64,000 bases of DNA from TPA_inf: Saccharomyces (GCA_000146045.2 BK006938.2:672001-736000), one strand, 5' to 3'; numbered from the stretch's first letter, positions 1 through 11,945 are shown. Numbers and translations: made by a program. Notes: a model not told the origin generated them from the sequence alone.

Positions 1-1365
1 TTTCCTATCTTCATGAATACAAATGAAATGCTTCCAGTTTTCTTACTCTGCTACAATGACGATTCCCAAGAAGAATTCGAAAAATGCCAGGCGTTAGCTA
101 AGAAACTAAAGAAGCAGTTGTTTGTTGAGAGTATCTTACTAGCACTCTGGAAGGATTCTTTTATTTACGACGAAAATTCAGTCATACAGTTACACCAACC
201 AGTAATGTCATCGCTTGAAGAAATTCTCTTCTTCCTTCAAGCTCCAACTCAAACAACACTCTCTCTGGCTTTGATAAACTCGATCTATGATATGCTTGAT
301 TATTTGGTTTATGATTTAATGATACCATTCATGAAAAGAAAAGTGTCATTCTGGGAAGAGACAATTTTACAGCCAAGAAAGTCGCTATTTAATGGTGCAA
401 AGTTTTTCAAAAAATTTATGAATAAAAATCCTGTCAATGGTAATCACCAACATAATTCTCTAACGAGAGACAGCCAGGGAAATGAATACTTCGCATCGTC
501 ATCTTCTGAGTTTTTGATGAGAAAGTTAGCAGATTGGTCTATGATGCTATCCGACTTCAAAACTGCTTATTCCACATACGAATCGCTTATGGATGACCTA
601 GATGCATTTCCAAAGTACCTGGCATCATGCATCGAATGGTGCGCGGTATCACTATTGATGGGTGCGCAGAGCATAGTCACCGTGAAAATGATCAAAAACG
701 ATATAAATCCTCTTATCGAAAGGGCATTAGCCACATACGAAAACTGCTCACGAATACAACGTGGTAAAGGCAAAGAATCAAACTCTTTGGATGTTACAGA
801 GCCAGTGCGTTCGTATGAGACACGTTGTATGATTTTGGCATCTGAATTGTTTTTATCTTTAAGCAATACGTGGACATCTACCCCATACGCTATCCAATAT
901 TTAGAAACAATTCTAGACGAGTGCAAGTTGGGACCTTGTTCACAGATAATGGTTTGGGAAAGGCTTAGTGACTGCTATAATTTGAGAGTTGACCCTAGAA
1001 TCAAACATAGAGTTGGAGCAATGAAGAAGGACGCTAAAGACACCGAAGATCTCCGAGGTGAGCATAAGTATAGCACAGATCATTTCACAGACGAGGACAT
1101 ATTATCGGAAGGGTTAACAAGAAGACGCAAGGCAGCTTTTTTTAGGTTAATAGCAGCTAAGAAGTGGGCAGAGCAAAAACAATGGAGACAGGTTTCTTGG
1201 TGCTTAAAAGATATTGAAAGTACCTATTCAGAGATCAAATTTTTGCATGGTAACGGTTTAATTTTAAGCAAACTAAAAAATCAACTCAATTTAAAGGACG
1301 TGGATTCTGCACCACGGCCCTCCGAAAAGAATCTTACAAGAACAAGTGTTAGCTTTATTGGATGA
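1..1365 (+). CDS. TRS85: C-terminal part of TRAPPIII subunit Trs85 (YDR108W); the 5' end lies upstream of the window
   Basis: Frame 1 is open from base 1 to the TGA at 1363-1365. Synteny places it immediately upstream of YDR109C and FOB1. The listed ORF 13..1365 is only the first internal Met. Confidence 0.8.
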   Translation, partial: FPIFMNTNEMLPVFLLCYNDDSQEEFEKCQALAKKLKKQLFVESILLALWKDSFIYDENSVIQLHQPVMSSLEEILFFLQAPTQTTLSLALINSIYDMLDYLVYDLMIPFMKRKVSFWEETILQPRKSLFNGAKFFKKFMNKNPVNGNHQHNSLTRDSQGNEYFASSSSEFLMRKLADWSMMLSDFKTAYSTYESLMDDLDAFPKYLASCIEWCAVSLLMGAQSIVTVKMIKNDINPLIERALATYENCSRIQRGKGKESNSLDVTEPVRSYETRCMILASELFLSLSNTWTSTPYAIQYLETILDECKLGPCSQIMVWERLSDCYNLRVDPRIKHRVGAMKKDAKDTEDLRGEHKYSTDHFTDEDILSEGLTRRRKAAFFRLIAAKKWAEQKQWRQVSWCLKDIESTYSEIKFLHGNGLILSKLKNQLNLKDVDSAPRPSEKNLTRTSVSFIG

Positions 1366-1519
1366 CTTTATGGAAAATTCATGTTTTGAGTATAAATTAT
1401 ACGTACGAATCTTATAGATATATATTTTTCTTTTAAAACTCCATTTCAGCTCATAAGCCGATACAAACACCTTCTATATATTATTTCTCTAACAGCTATG
1501 TTAACATGATTGCCTTTGT

Positions 1520-3667
1520 TTATCTACTAAAGGACCCTTCTACTTTATCTACCATACGCCTATATTTTCTCTGTGTTTCAATCATATCGAGAAAAATTTG
1601 GTACTTCGTGTCTAAAAGAATTCTATCTGGATGAGTTTTCTCATTTGGATTGACAATTCTTGCATTACCCGTTAGCTCTTGCATAACTTTCCATAGAAAA
1701 CTTGTCCCGTTATATCTTCCCTCTCCTAGGCTCTCCTGTCCCACGGTCAATGAAGCATCCTTACTACTTTCCTCAGAGGTTTTGTCAAGTGGTTGTTGTG
1801 TGCAAATCGGAAGAGAATAGTTATTTATTTTGGCAGGCGCACTTGGAGTTGAAAGTTGTAGATTATGTGGGGATACAAAGCCATTTGTCGAGTTTCGATC
1901 TTCCATTGATAACTTTTGTATCGACGAATATGAATCGTTAAAACGTTCCGTCTTTGTCTGAGAAGATTTTTGGCCTTTGAGAGTTCTTTTTTCCCTGGTA
2001 TAATCAAAATCTTCACTTGCTGCAGCCCCAAGCAAGGCAGAACCAAATACAACTGCAGCGTCAACGTATCGAGGAATCACTATCGGCAGGCCAGTACAAT
2101 CAGCCAACAACCTCATCAACAAGCTATTTCGACACTGTCCACCTGACATGAAAATAGCATTTATTTCATGCCCACTTTTTAGCATTACTTCAATGATTTG
2201 TCTTGTTTGTTGTGATATGAATTCACAGGCACTCAAATACATAACCGCTAAGTCTTCAATTGAGTTATCCATAGATTGTCCTATAATACAAGCGCGCATA
2301 TTCGGATCTGCTATCGGTGATCGATTACCGTGATAGTCACCATAAAAAAACAAGTGCTTAGCTAAAGAAATAACAGATCTTACTTTGCGCTTCTCGACCA
2401 AGGTTTCAAGTATTTTGTTTAAATATTCGAATTTCGACACACCTGCCAAATTAGCCATATGGGATAGCTCAGTGAAAGCTGGATGCGTCGTTATTAAATG
2501 ATCTAAAAGAACGCCTGTACAGCTTTGGCCGCCTTCTGCCGCCCAAAAGCCTCTTGCAAGGACATCTCTATAAGGCCCCCAAACGCCATGGACAAATATA
2601 GGGTTTTTTGATAACAAAATATGACACGTAGACGTACCGGCAACAGCTGCCAATCTGCCAATTGCACCATTGAAATCCTTTTTATAATTTTCGGTCTCGG
2701 CAAGACCTTTTACTGCTGATTCCGGCTTGGCGGCTACCGTCCCTACCCAGCCTGCATATGCATCAATAATTCCTGAACTTACTACACAATGCTCTGTCAA
2801 GCCTAATTGACAGGCAGCCTTTTTATCTAACGGGCTGATACATTCACCTGCGGTCAGAAAGTTTTTTTTTTCCCTTAACGATCCACCCAGTCTTTCAAAA
2901 TCATTCTTCGTAAGCTCTGAAAGCCCAATTGAATTTAAGAATTCTTTGGACCAGCCTATATCGGAACCTTCGACACCCACTGGTAGAAATCCCTGCTTAC
3001 AAACAGCAGAACAAAATGACCTATTCTCTTTTCCCGTGGCTTTGAAAGTCAAGTAATCCGGAAGGTCAAAAAACTTACAATCCTGAAAAATTCCAGCTTC
3101 TAAGTTGTTCTTCAACCACTTAATCTTCGGAATTTCCATTTCAACAGACATTTGCCCTCCCACATATTTTAAACATTTATCACCAGATGAGTTGATTTCT
3201 TCAGTCTCCTTCATCGCCCTATGGTCCATCCATAATATGATATTCTGGTCATTATTGGTAAAATCCGGTCCAACTGCAATTTCTTCAAAATTGGTAGCGG
3301 ATACGACTACTAAGGAACAAGTCGCATCAAAACCAATTCCACGAACTCTTTCAGGGTCAACTCCTGATTCTTCAACAACAGTTCTAACACAATAGCAAAC
3401 TGCATTCCAGATTTCTCTTGAAGACTGAGTAATAAAATTGGATATCAATTGTTCCCTTTTTATGGGTTTTTCTGCTAGCGACAACATGTTACCAGATTGA
3501 TCGATAACACATGCCCTTGCAGAGCCTGTTCCGACATCTACACCAACGTAGAATTTTGCTTCTGGATCTTGTGGAGAAATGCGAGAAATCGAGGTTTCCT
3601 GTGACGACAATACCGCTGGCTCCCGTGTTTCATTTTGCATATTGTTTTGGCGTTTCCTGCTTTTCAT
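1520..3667 (-). CDS. FGGY-family carbohydrate kinase (D-ribulokinase-like), YDR109C, 715 aa
   Basis: The N-terminal GVDVGTGSARA motif is typical of the FGGY/glycerol-kinase actin-fold ATPases. Length and position match YDR109C. Confidence 0.85.
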   Translation of the reverse strand: MKSRKRQNNMQNETREPAVLSSQETSISRISPQDPEAKFYVGVDVGTGSARACVIDQSGNMLSLAEKPIKREQLISNFITQSSREIWNAVCYCVRTVVEESGVDPERVRGIGFDATCSLVVVSATNFEEIAVGPDFTNNDQNIILWMDHRAMKETEEINSSGDKCLKYVGGQMSVEMEIPKIKWLKNNLEAGIFQDCKFFDLPDYLTFKATGKENRSFCSAVCKQGFLPVGVEGSDIGWSKEFLNSIGLSELTKNDFERLGGSLREKKNFLTAGECISPLDKKAACQLGLTEHCVVSSGIIDAYAGWVGTVAAKPESAVKGLAETENYKKDFNGAIGRLAAVAGTSTCHILLSKNPIFVHGVWGPYRDVLARGFWAAEGGQSCTGVLLDHLITTHPAFTELSHMANLAGVSKFEYLNKILETLVEKRKVRSVISLAKHLFFYGDYHGNRSPIADPNMRACIIGQSMDNSIEDLAVMYLSACEFISQQTRQIIEVMLKSGHEINAIFMSGGQCRNSLLMRLLADCTGLPIVIPRYVDAAVVFGSALLGAAASEDFDYTREKRTLKGQKSSQTKTERFNDSYSSIQKLSMEDRNSTNGFVSPHNLQLSTPSAPAKINNYSLPICTQQPLDKTSEESSKDASLTVGQESLGEGRYNGTSFLWKVMQELTGNARIVNPNEKTHPDRILLDTKYQIFLDMIETQRKYRRMVDKVEGSFSR

Positions 3668-4101
3668 ATAGCCTTAATAATGTACTTTGCAGATGTTTGT
3701 TCCTTCGTCTCTTTACATCTTTTCATTGTACTCAGCGGTCTGGGTGTGCAGCTTTCCACATTTACTAATACTGGTCTGTAGCATTTAGTCAAACGGGTGT
3801 TATAAAGGTTCAATTTCTTCATCATACCTAACATTGTGATCGAGGTTTCCAGGAAGAGCTTATATATATCAAAACAAGAAACCCAGAGTATCTTTACCCC
3901 CACATTCAATATGAGGTGTCAGCCATAATTATTTACATGATAATACTGATATTTTTTCTTTTTCGCGATATATTGAAAAGAAAAAAAAATTGCGAGGTGA
4001 TTCCTCATCGCATGTATTCATTTTAACGACATTGAATTAAGCCTTCAGGGGGGAGAACAATTTAACGATTGTGTGAGTGTGAATTTGTGCTGAGGATAAC
4101 A

Positions 4102-5802
4102 ATGACGAAACCGCGTTACAATGACGTGTTGTTTGATGATGATGACTCGGTACCATCAGAATCAGTTACGAGGAAATCGCAGAGAAGAAAGGCAACGTCA
4201 CCTGGGGAATCAAGAGAGTCCTCAAAAGATCGTCTACTGATACTTCCCTCTATGGGGGAATCATATACTGAGTACGTAGACTCTTATTTGAACTTAGAAT
4301 TATTGGAAAGGGGAGAAAGAGAAACACCAATCTTTCTTGAATCTCTGACAAGACAACTAACGCAGAAAATATATGAACTAATAAAAACAAAATCTTTAAC
4401 TGCAGATACCTTGCAACAAATAAGTGATAAATACGATGGTGTAGTGGCAGAAAACAAGCTGTTATTTTTGCAAAGACAGTATTATGTTGATGATGAAGGA
4501 AATGTTAGAGATGGCCGAAATAATGATAAAATATACTGTGAGCCAAAGCATGTATACGACATGGTGATGGCAACACACTTGATGAATAAGCATCTTAGGG
4601 GTAAAACATTACATTCCTTTTTATTTTCTCATTTTGCCAATATTAGTCATGCCATCATCGATTGGGTCCAGCAATTTTGTTCAAAATGTAATAAAAAGGG
4701 CAAAATTAAACCATTGAAGGAATATAAACGTCCTGACATGTACGATAAACTACTACCAATGGAAAGGATACATATTGAGGTATTCGAACCCTTCAATGGA
4801 GAAGCTATTGAGGGAAAATATTCTTATGTCCTTTTATGCCGAGACTATCGCTCTAGTTTTATGTGGTTATTACCACTTAAGAGTACCAAATTCAAACATC
4901 TTATCCCAGTTGTTTCCTCACTTTTTTTAACATTTGCTAGGGTTCCAATTTTCGTAACATCAAGCACTTTAGATAAAGATGATCTTTATGATATTTGTGA
5001 AGAAATTGCATCAAAATACGGTCTCCGTATTGGCTTGGGTTTGAAGAGTTCTGCGAGATTTCATACTGGGGGTATACTGTGCATTCAGTATGCTCTAAAT
5101 AGTTATAAGAAGGAATGTCTAGCCGATTGGGGTAAGTGCCTAAGATATGGCCCTTACAGATTCAACCGAAGGAGAAATAAGAGAACGAAACGTAAACCTG
5201 TGCAAGTACTACTTAGTGAAGTTCCAGGTCACAATGCCAAGTTTGAGACTAAGAGAGAAAGGGTTATAGAAAACACATATTCCCGTAATATGTTCAAGAT
5301 GGCAGGTGGAAAAGGTCTTATATATTTGGAAGATGTCAATACTTTTGCCCTTGCTAATGAAGCGGATAATAGCTGTAACAATAATGGAATTCTTCATAAT
5401 AACAATATAGGAAATGATAACTTTGAAGAAGAAGTGCAAAAACAATTTGATCTAACTGAAAAAAACTATATCGATGAGTATGATGATTTGGCACATGATT
5501 CTTCAGAGGGCGAATTTGAACCTAATACCTTAACTCCCGAAGAAAAGCCTCCTCATAATGTCGATGAGGACCGAATAGAGTCCACCGGCGTGGCAGCCCC
5601 AATGCAGGGAACAGAAGAGCCTGAAAAAGGGGATCAAAAAGAAAGTGACGGTGCATCACAAGTAGATCAAAGTGTCGAAATAACTAGACCAGAAACTTCC
5701 TACTATCAAACTCTGGAATCGCCGTCAACAAAACGACAGAAATTAGACCAACAGGGTAATGGAGATCAAACAAGAGACTTTGGCACATCAATGGAATTGT
5801 AA
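4102..5802 (+). CDS. FOB1: rDNA replication-fork-barrier protein Fob1 (YDR110W), 566 aa
   Basis: The ORF 4069..5802 carries 11 extra N-terminal codons ([11 protein letters not shown]). The annotated protein begins [16 protein letters not shown] at 4102. Cys/His zinc-finger-like region and acidic C-terminal tail. Synteny also fits. Confidence 0.85.
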
Positions 5803-6009
5803 TAATATGTAGGATAGAATGAAAGGAGGAGTCACCATAGGTGAAAAAAAAAAGCACCTATTGCATATAAAGTATTCAAAAAGGTGTTGAAAGCTCTTCC
5901 TGTATATGACCCTGTATTTAATGTACGCGGTTAAAAAATTTTTATATTTTTAAATAAGTATCAACTTGGATAATATGATCTTGCCCGCAAGGTGGTTTTA
6001 TATGAATAA

Positions 6010-6013
<4 letters not shown>

Positions 6014-6052
<39 letters not shown>

Positions 6053-6058
6053 GAACAA
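6014..6058. repeat. 45-nt uninterrupted poly(dT:dA) homopolymer tract
   Basis: Counted directly as T45 on the plus strand, in the convergent FOB1/ALT2 3' intergenic region. Confidence 0.95.
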
Positions 6059-6240
6059 TAGATGCAGAGGAATGCTCCAAAATTTATTTCCTTGAACAAT
6101 ATTACAAGAGGCAGATATATACTTTTCCTTATTTCCCTTAGTAAAGAATGATGCATGTATACTATTACAAATTTAAACTTCACCCCCACCATGGATGCAA
6201 AACAAATAGAAAGCCATTATCATTAGTTTTTTTTTTTCAT

Positions 6241-7764
6241 TCAATTACGATACTTGCTGAAGAAATCTTGATGAAATTCTTTCCAGTCTTGAATCCATTT
6301 AGTCCCTGGAGCCAAAAACGTTGTTCGCACATGATAAGTCCCGGGTCTTTGTCCGAACCCAGACCCTGGGACAGTACAAATACCTGTAGATTCTAGCAAA
6401 GATGTGCAATAGAACTCATCAGGTTCGATGCCAAGGCGTTCGCTTTCACAAAGAGCTTTCTTAGGTAAAACAAGCCTAGGGAAAAGATACATTGCACCCT
6501 GAGGTTTTTGGCATTCGATACCCTCTAGTTCCTTAAACGTCTCGTACAATAAGTTTGCTCTCGTACGCATTTCATGAAAAATTTTCAGCCTTTCGTCATG
6601 ATCTTGTTCATAGGACTCGTCTCCAGGCTGGGGTGGTTTGACCATTAAATCAACCACAGCTTGTCCTGTGACAACAGAACATATGGATATAGACATGAGT
6701 TTGAAAAGAGCATCTCTTATTTCTTGAGAAAACCCAATAATTTCCATGTAACCGCCTCTTTGGCCGCACTCATCCATGAATCCTTTAGAAATGGAGTGTA
6801 AAGAGGCGAGCTGAACGTTATCGAATTTTCCTGGATAAAGATGCTGCAATTTTCTTAGGACTTTCTTCATCGAATGAAATTTAACATCGTTGAAAATGTT
6901 TTCTTGATAGACCTCATCAGAAATGATTGTAATGCCGTATTTCGCAGCGATCAAACAGATCCTGGCAATGGTTTCTTCAGAAAGAACTGCACCGGTTGGG
7001 TTACCTGGATTAATAACTATCAGCACAGATGGTCTGATCTGTTTTTTCAAAGCATCTTGCACTACTTTTTCAATTTCGTCGCTGTTTGTAGACCAATTTG
7101 ACTCCTCATCTAAGTAGTATGGCAGCACTTGTGCATTGAAAAGAGATGCGGATGCAGTATAAAGCGGATACTGCGGAATTGGAATCAGCAGGCCTGTTTG
7201 AGAATCTTTACACAATAAAGATAACAAAGAAGTTGCCGCGGACGAAGCGCCAGTGGTTAAATAAATATCTTCCGGTGTAGCGGGCTCACCGCCGTCTCTT
7301 CTAGTAATGAAGTCAGCAACTGTTTGCCTTATTCCTGGCACACCTTGAGAATGCGAATATGCCCCTATAGAACCGCCAATATCATTCAAGAGGCGCTCAG
7401 CTCTTTCCAAGGCGTCCCTGGAAAACAAGTTCAAAGAAGCCAGTTCATTATGGCCTACTCGTAAAATTTCCGGGTACTCCAGGATGGCCAGTACTTGCCT
7501 GGTAAAGGTCAAAGGCTTCTGATCCAGTTGCTGCGGATTACCAATGTTCGCATTGATAATATCATCGAAAGGCAAAACTTCTGGGTTTTTTTTCAATTCC
7601 TCTTTTAGCTCGTCAGCTCTGGTTGGAATAGCTCCTCTTACAGCATATTCTGCCTTAGTGACACCTGTATTCAAATCTTTTTTAGTAATCTTGCCAGCGG
7701 GCTTAAAATCCAAATCCTTTGCGGTGAACACACCTTTCAAATCCTGTTGGTGTGTCATTGTCAT
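6241..7764 (-). CDS. ALT2: Alanine transaminase paralog Alt2 (YDR111C), 507 aa, class I PLP aminotransferase fold
   Basis: Aminotransferase I/II family features, including a SISKGFMDECGQRGGY PLP-lysine region. The length is 507 aa. Confidence 0.9.
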   Translation of the reverse strand: MTMTHQQDLKGVFTAKDLDFKPAGKITKKDLNTGVTKAEYAVRGAIPTRADELKEELKKNPEVLPFDDIINANIGNPQQLDQKPLTFTRQVLAILEYPEILRVGHNELASLNLFSRDALERAERLLNDIGGSIGAYSHSQGVPGIRQTVADFITRRDGGEPATPEDIYLTTGASSAATSLLSLLCKDSQTGLLIPIPQYPLYTASASLFNAQVLPYYLDEESNWSTNSDEIEKVVQDALKKQIRPSVLIVINPGNPTGAVLSEETIARICLIAAKYGITIISDEVYQENIFNDVKFHSMKKVLRKLQHLYPGKFDNVQLASLHSISKGFMDECGQRGGYMEIIGFSQEIRDALFKLMSISICSVVTGQAVVDLMVKPPQPGDESYEQDHDERLKIFHEMRTRANLLYETFKELEGIECQKPQGAMYLFPRLVLPKKALCESERLGIEPDEFYCTSLLESTGICTVPGSGFGQRPGTYHVRTTFLAPGTKWIQDWKEFHQDFFSKYRN

Positions 7765-8495
7765 GTGTTCTTACTTCTTCTGTGTTTACCACTTACAAAA
7801 ACAACACTACTGTGGCGCTCCTTCCCTTTATTCTTATCTTTTATGCCTCTAGAGATATGAGGAAATATTGGGGTATTTACTGAATGAGAAAAGGATGATG
7901 TCAGTCAAGAAAGGATCAAAAAGAAAAGTGAACAGAATATAGTTCCCACACGAAGTAGTAAATTTAGCTATCCTAAAAGTGTATTGGTAATTTGAAGAGA
8001 TATGTAGATGTACATATGGGACCATAAGAGTAGGAAAAATAAAATAAAATCGCCAAACAAGTAGGAGAAGCCTCAAGATACAAGCCGTTTCCATGGAGAA
8101 AATATTGCGAATGAGGCCAAACTTGAACTTTTTTTTTTTCTGCTAAAAAATTCAGAAAAAAAATGAAATTATTTTCTTAGGTATAATGAAGTAATTATGA
8201 CGAAGTACTTTGAGAACCCATAAAGAGAAGCAATTGAAGACGTGTGGAGGACATCAGCCCGCAGCACATTAGTAGAAACAATAGTATCGTGATGTGATCC
8301 CTCTTGGACCCTTTGCCAATCAAGGGTGAAGCGAAGCCATTTAAAACGTACGAACAATGGCGGTAGTTGAGGTATGGGTGAGGCCGCAGATTAAATCCCG
8401 GCGGCAGGAGCAACCGCTTTTAACCAGAATTGTATGTTATAAAGTATCTGTATATACGTGTATATATGTTGTGTGTATGTGAATGAGCAGTGGAT

Positions 8496-9617
8496 CTAAG
8501 TAACTAAGTCCTCTAGTTCTTCAGGATCGAGGCCTTCTTCGCTGTACACTAACTCCATGGTTGGGACGGCGGCAACTTCTTTGAAGTTCTTAGACAGCAG
8601 TGGTAACGCTGCACCTTCTTCTTGATTCCGAGTGATGCACTCAGTCTCATCTTTTTCGCCTTCTTCATCAATTTGTTCTAGTGGGAGTAAATCAACTTTA
8701 TCTGGGGTGTCATCTTCGTCTTCCAAGTCAAGCTTATATGGTGAGTTGAACGTCTTCAGCTTTTCAATATCATCTTGTTGAAATGGGGAATAGCCTTCTG
8801 GTACATACGGTAACGGCTCCTGCCTCTGTGGTGCTATTTCGATATCATAGTCATCAGTTTTATCACTTTTATCGTTTTTAGTTTTTTGCTCATTCTTCGT
8901 GGAGTTCTTTATGAGTTGTTGCAGACCACCTTGCTCATTAAATAGTCCTAGGCCACCATTTAATTCATTTTCACCGTCGGAGGAATCCTGTTTTAAAAGT
9001 GCACTTTGGAGTTTTTTGCCAAGTTTACTCTCGGAATCTTCATTACCTTCATCATCGTCGGAACTCTCTTCATTTTTACCTGAATCTGCAAGATCTTTTA
9101 AAACTAGACTTTTCATTTTAGGTAAAGCATTATAACCAAGGACAGAACCGTACTTTTGTAACTTTCTTGAATTGCTTAACAAATCATTATGGTTGGCCCT
9201 ACTACGACTGCGAGAAATTTGCGAAAGTTTCCTGAGTTGGTCGTTTTTGCGTATAGATAGTGTATTCTGTAGTTGTGGTAAGTCTGCATCTTTACTCTGA
9301 TTAGAAGTTTCGGGAAAAATAAAGCTTTTCGATCTATTGTTGTCTTTTGCTGCCAGAGGCAATCTTCCTTGTTGTTGCGCATGGGTATGCAACCTTTTTG
9401 TGGGTGACACCTCCTTCCCTCCTTGTATGTACTTTAATGTGTTGCCATTGTTGCTGTTCGCATCCCTTTTGAGTTGGTCCAATCTTACAGGTGGTTTTAA
9501 AATATTAGAGTGCGACCTTTTCAGCAAGTGAGCCGGCGTCTGTGGAAAGTTAATGCCGGAACTTTCATTCCCTGTATATACGATATTATTCTCTTTATCT
9601 TCGTTAGCTGGCATCAT
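8496..9617 (-). CDS. PDS1: Securin Pds1 (YDR113C), 373 aa
   Basis: KEN box at residues 8-10 (MMPANEDKENN). Destruction box RLPLAAKDN. Acidic, low-complexity C-terminal half. Confidence 0.9.
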   Translation of the reverse strand: MMPANEDKENNIVYTGNESSGINFPQTPAHLLKRSHSNILKPPVRLDQLKRDANSNNGNTLKYIQGGKEVSPTKRLHTHAQQQGRLPLAAKDNNRSKSFIFPETSNQSKDADLPQLQNTLSIRKNDQLRKLSQISRSRSRANHNDLLSNSRKLQKYGSVLGYNALPKMKSLVLKDLADSGKNEESSDDDEGNEDSESKLGKKLQSALLKQDSSDGENELNGGLGLFNEQGGLQQLIKNSTKNEQKTKNDKSDKTDDYDIEIAPQRQEPLPYVPEGYSPFQQDDIEKLKTFNSPYKLDLEDEDDTPDKVDLLPLEQIDEEGEKDETECITRNQEEGAALPLLSKNFKEVAAVPTMELVYSEEGLDPEELEDLVT

Positions 9618-9795
9618 AAAGGTTTATTATCTAGCACTTAATCTAGCTTGGTACCGCAGAAGTGTAATAGTATGTGAATGGGAAAAACCGCTAGCAACCG
9701 TTACTTGCCTTCGCCGAATATTGATTTAAAGCTGCATTTATTTTGTTTGTTTATTTTGTTTGTTTTTCTTTTTGACCTCTTACACGAGTTTTTTG

Positions 9796-9801
9796 ACGCG
9801 T
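9796..9801. promoter_or_regulatory. MCB (MluI cell-cycle box) core ACGCGT in the PDS1 promoter
   Basis: An exact ACGCGT lies about 180 bp upstream of the PDS1 ATG (9617). PDS1 transcripts peak at G1/S. Confidence 0.45.
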
Positions 9802-10162
9802 TTGAGATCTTTGTGTGAAAACGATAAGCAACCTACGCTAACAAATACACACGTCGCACGGAAAGTGATAGTGAAGCAGATATTTCTCGCAAATCCTATG
9901 TTATCCGTAAAATAAATCCAACCCTAAAGTATTAACATGTAACAACTTAAGCGCTTCCTTAAGACTGTATAGATATATATATATACATATATATACATAA
10001 TCATGAAACGCATCGTCGAAAGGTCATTTGAAGCTCGGATCACGTGATCGAAAGCTGTAAGGAATTTGAAAAGCCAATTTTCCCGTAGAAGCTGTGAGGT
10101 ACAACAAGTGAAATAACTACAGGAGAAACTCACTGAGAAACGTTGGAATAGAACAGTAGTAA

Positions 10163-10492
<330 letters not shown>

Positions 10493-10723
10493 AATTTCAC
10501 ATACTATTCAGATAAATTTGAATACTTCTTGTACATAGGTATCTAATGATTATGCAACATACACTTTCACTATTATTCAAAAATAAAAGAGCAGTTACTT
10601 TATTCCACTTTAAAAAGACGGTTACTTTGTATGTACATGATTTTATATAAAAAGAAAGAAAATGCACCAGTATATATATATATACAATTAAAAAAGTCCA
10701 ACAAGACAAAACTGATTCGCTGA

Positions 10724-11581
10724 TTAAGCAAAATCGATTACAATACCGGGGCCATGTGTGCTTGATAATGTGGTTTTACTCAGTATATTTGGTTTCTTAG
10801 ATTTTTGATTATCAACAGCAGTTTTAAATGCCGCTCTAGCGGATATAATGTTTTGTAAAATTTCTCGATCAGTGAAGTAGCATTTGCCGACTCCAATGCT
10901 GATAGAGTTTCCCCTTTGCCTGAAAGGCATAGATCCTAGACTTTCTTGAAGTAAGGAGCTTATATCATCACTCACCGTACCTTTTTTGACAGAGGGTAAA
11001 ACCCCACGAGGACCAAGTATCCTGGCCACCTGCGATTGTAAAGCTGGAACAATATCAGGAGTTGCAAATGCTTTGTCAAAATCAACGCTAATTTCACCGC
11101 TTTTAATTTTGGCAACAAGATCTGCTCCGCCAATCAAATGATTTGGGTATTTCTCACGAAGCTCTTCCAATTTACTTTCGTCGTTGGTAAAGGCAGCAAT
11201 TTTGATATATCTCAAAGGCTTAGGAAATGTCACGCTACCGGATAAAGGCGCTGTACCTCTTTCACCGACTACCAATGTAGTCAAATTAATTGTCTGTTGC
11301 GATTGCGGTCTGCCAACTTCTGCTGCGCGTAAATATCTTAGTGCCTTTGTAACAGGCATGTACAATGGGCTTGCTGTAGCTGGTCTCTTTGCCTCGGCCT
11401 TTCGTTGTACCAATCTTTTCAACTCTCTTTTTTTGGCTTGGTCTTTTGTTAGCGAAGGTGCATTGGAGGACATAGCTGCTGGTTTATAGTCATCTGCGTA
11501 TAGTTTTTTTGCAGTATGAAAAAAGCATCTTCTTGCAGGACCTGTGACACATATTTTCGGGATCGCTACTACGGATAGCAT
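10724..11581 (-). CDS. MRPL1: Mitochondrial ribosomal protein uL1m, Mrpl1 (YDR116C), 285 aa
   Basis: Resemblance to ribosomal protein L1 family with an N-terminal targeting-like extension. Length and synteny fit. Confidence 0.85.
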   Translation of the reverse strand: MLSVVAIPKICVTGPARRCFFHTAKKLYADDYKPAAMSSNAPSLTKDQAKKRELKRLVQRKAEAKRPATASPLYMPVTKALRYLRAAEVGRPQSQQTINLTTLVVGERGTAPLSGSVTFPKPLRYIKIAAFTNDESKLEELREKYPNHLIGGADLVAKIKSGEISVDFDKAFATPDIVPALQSQVARILGPRGVLPSVKKGTVSDDISSLLQESLGSMPFRQRGNSISIGVGKCYFTDREILQNIISARAAFKTAVDNQKSKKPNILSKTTLSSTHGPGIVIDFA

Positions 11582-11945
11582 CTTCTTTGATGACTTATCA
11601 CTGTTTAGTTTTCTTCAAATTCCCTTTATTTCAGGTCGTTTTTCAAAATACTTTGGTTTTTCGAAAGTTTTCTCTTTTCGCTTAAAAAGGAGATTTTGTC
11701 GCTAGTCTCATAATGTAAGTTACACTAAAAAATAGAGAATAGTAAAGATGAACTGGATATACAAATATAGTATATTTTTACCGCTGTTGAAAACATTTCG
11801 TTCCCTCCCATGATACATTCATATTTTTTGTGGGTTTCAAGACTACCATAATACCTACTTTAGAAAAGCTTCGATTAGGTAAAAAAGTTCTATATGCTTT
11901 GATGTCGGGCATTTTTACGCATTTAAACATTTATATGATATAAAT

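Noticed and set aside
4069-4101. Upstream in-frame ATG extensions of FOB1 (11 codons), ARO1 (4 codons, 32472) and HPR1 (6 codons, 58560)
   Set aside because: The extensions are short and hydrophobic or odd ([21 protein letters not shown]). The annotated proteins start at the downstream Met. The extensions most likely lie in 5' UTRs, or upstream of the TSS, which cannot be decided without 5'-end data.
6874-7117. Short plus-strand ORFs inside ALT2 (YDR112W region). The same applies to many 60-180-aa antisense ORFs inside ARO1, YCF1, KIN1, MTC5 and others.
   Set aside because: They lie antisense within strongly supported genes and show no motifs. Such ORFs are expected by chance in 64 kb of six-frame translation.
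10141-10160. CGTTGGAATAGAA resembling the first 12 nt of a Ty1/Ty2 delta LTR (TGTTGGAATAGAAATC...)
   Set aside because: The match ends after about 12 nt, there is no remaining LTR sequence, and no target-site duplication or tRNA gene is nearby. It looks coincidental.
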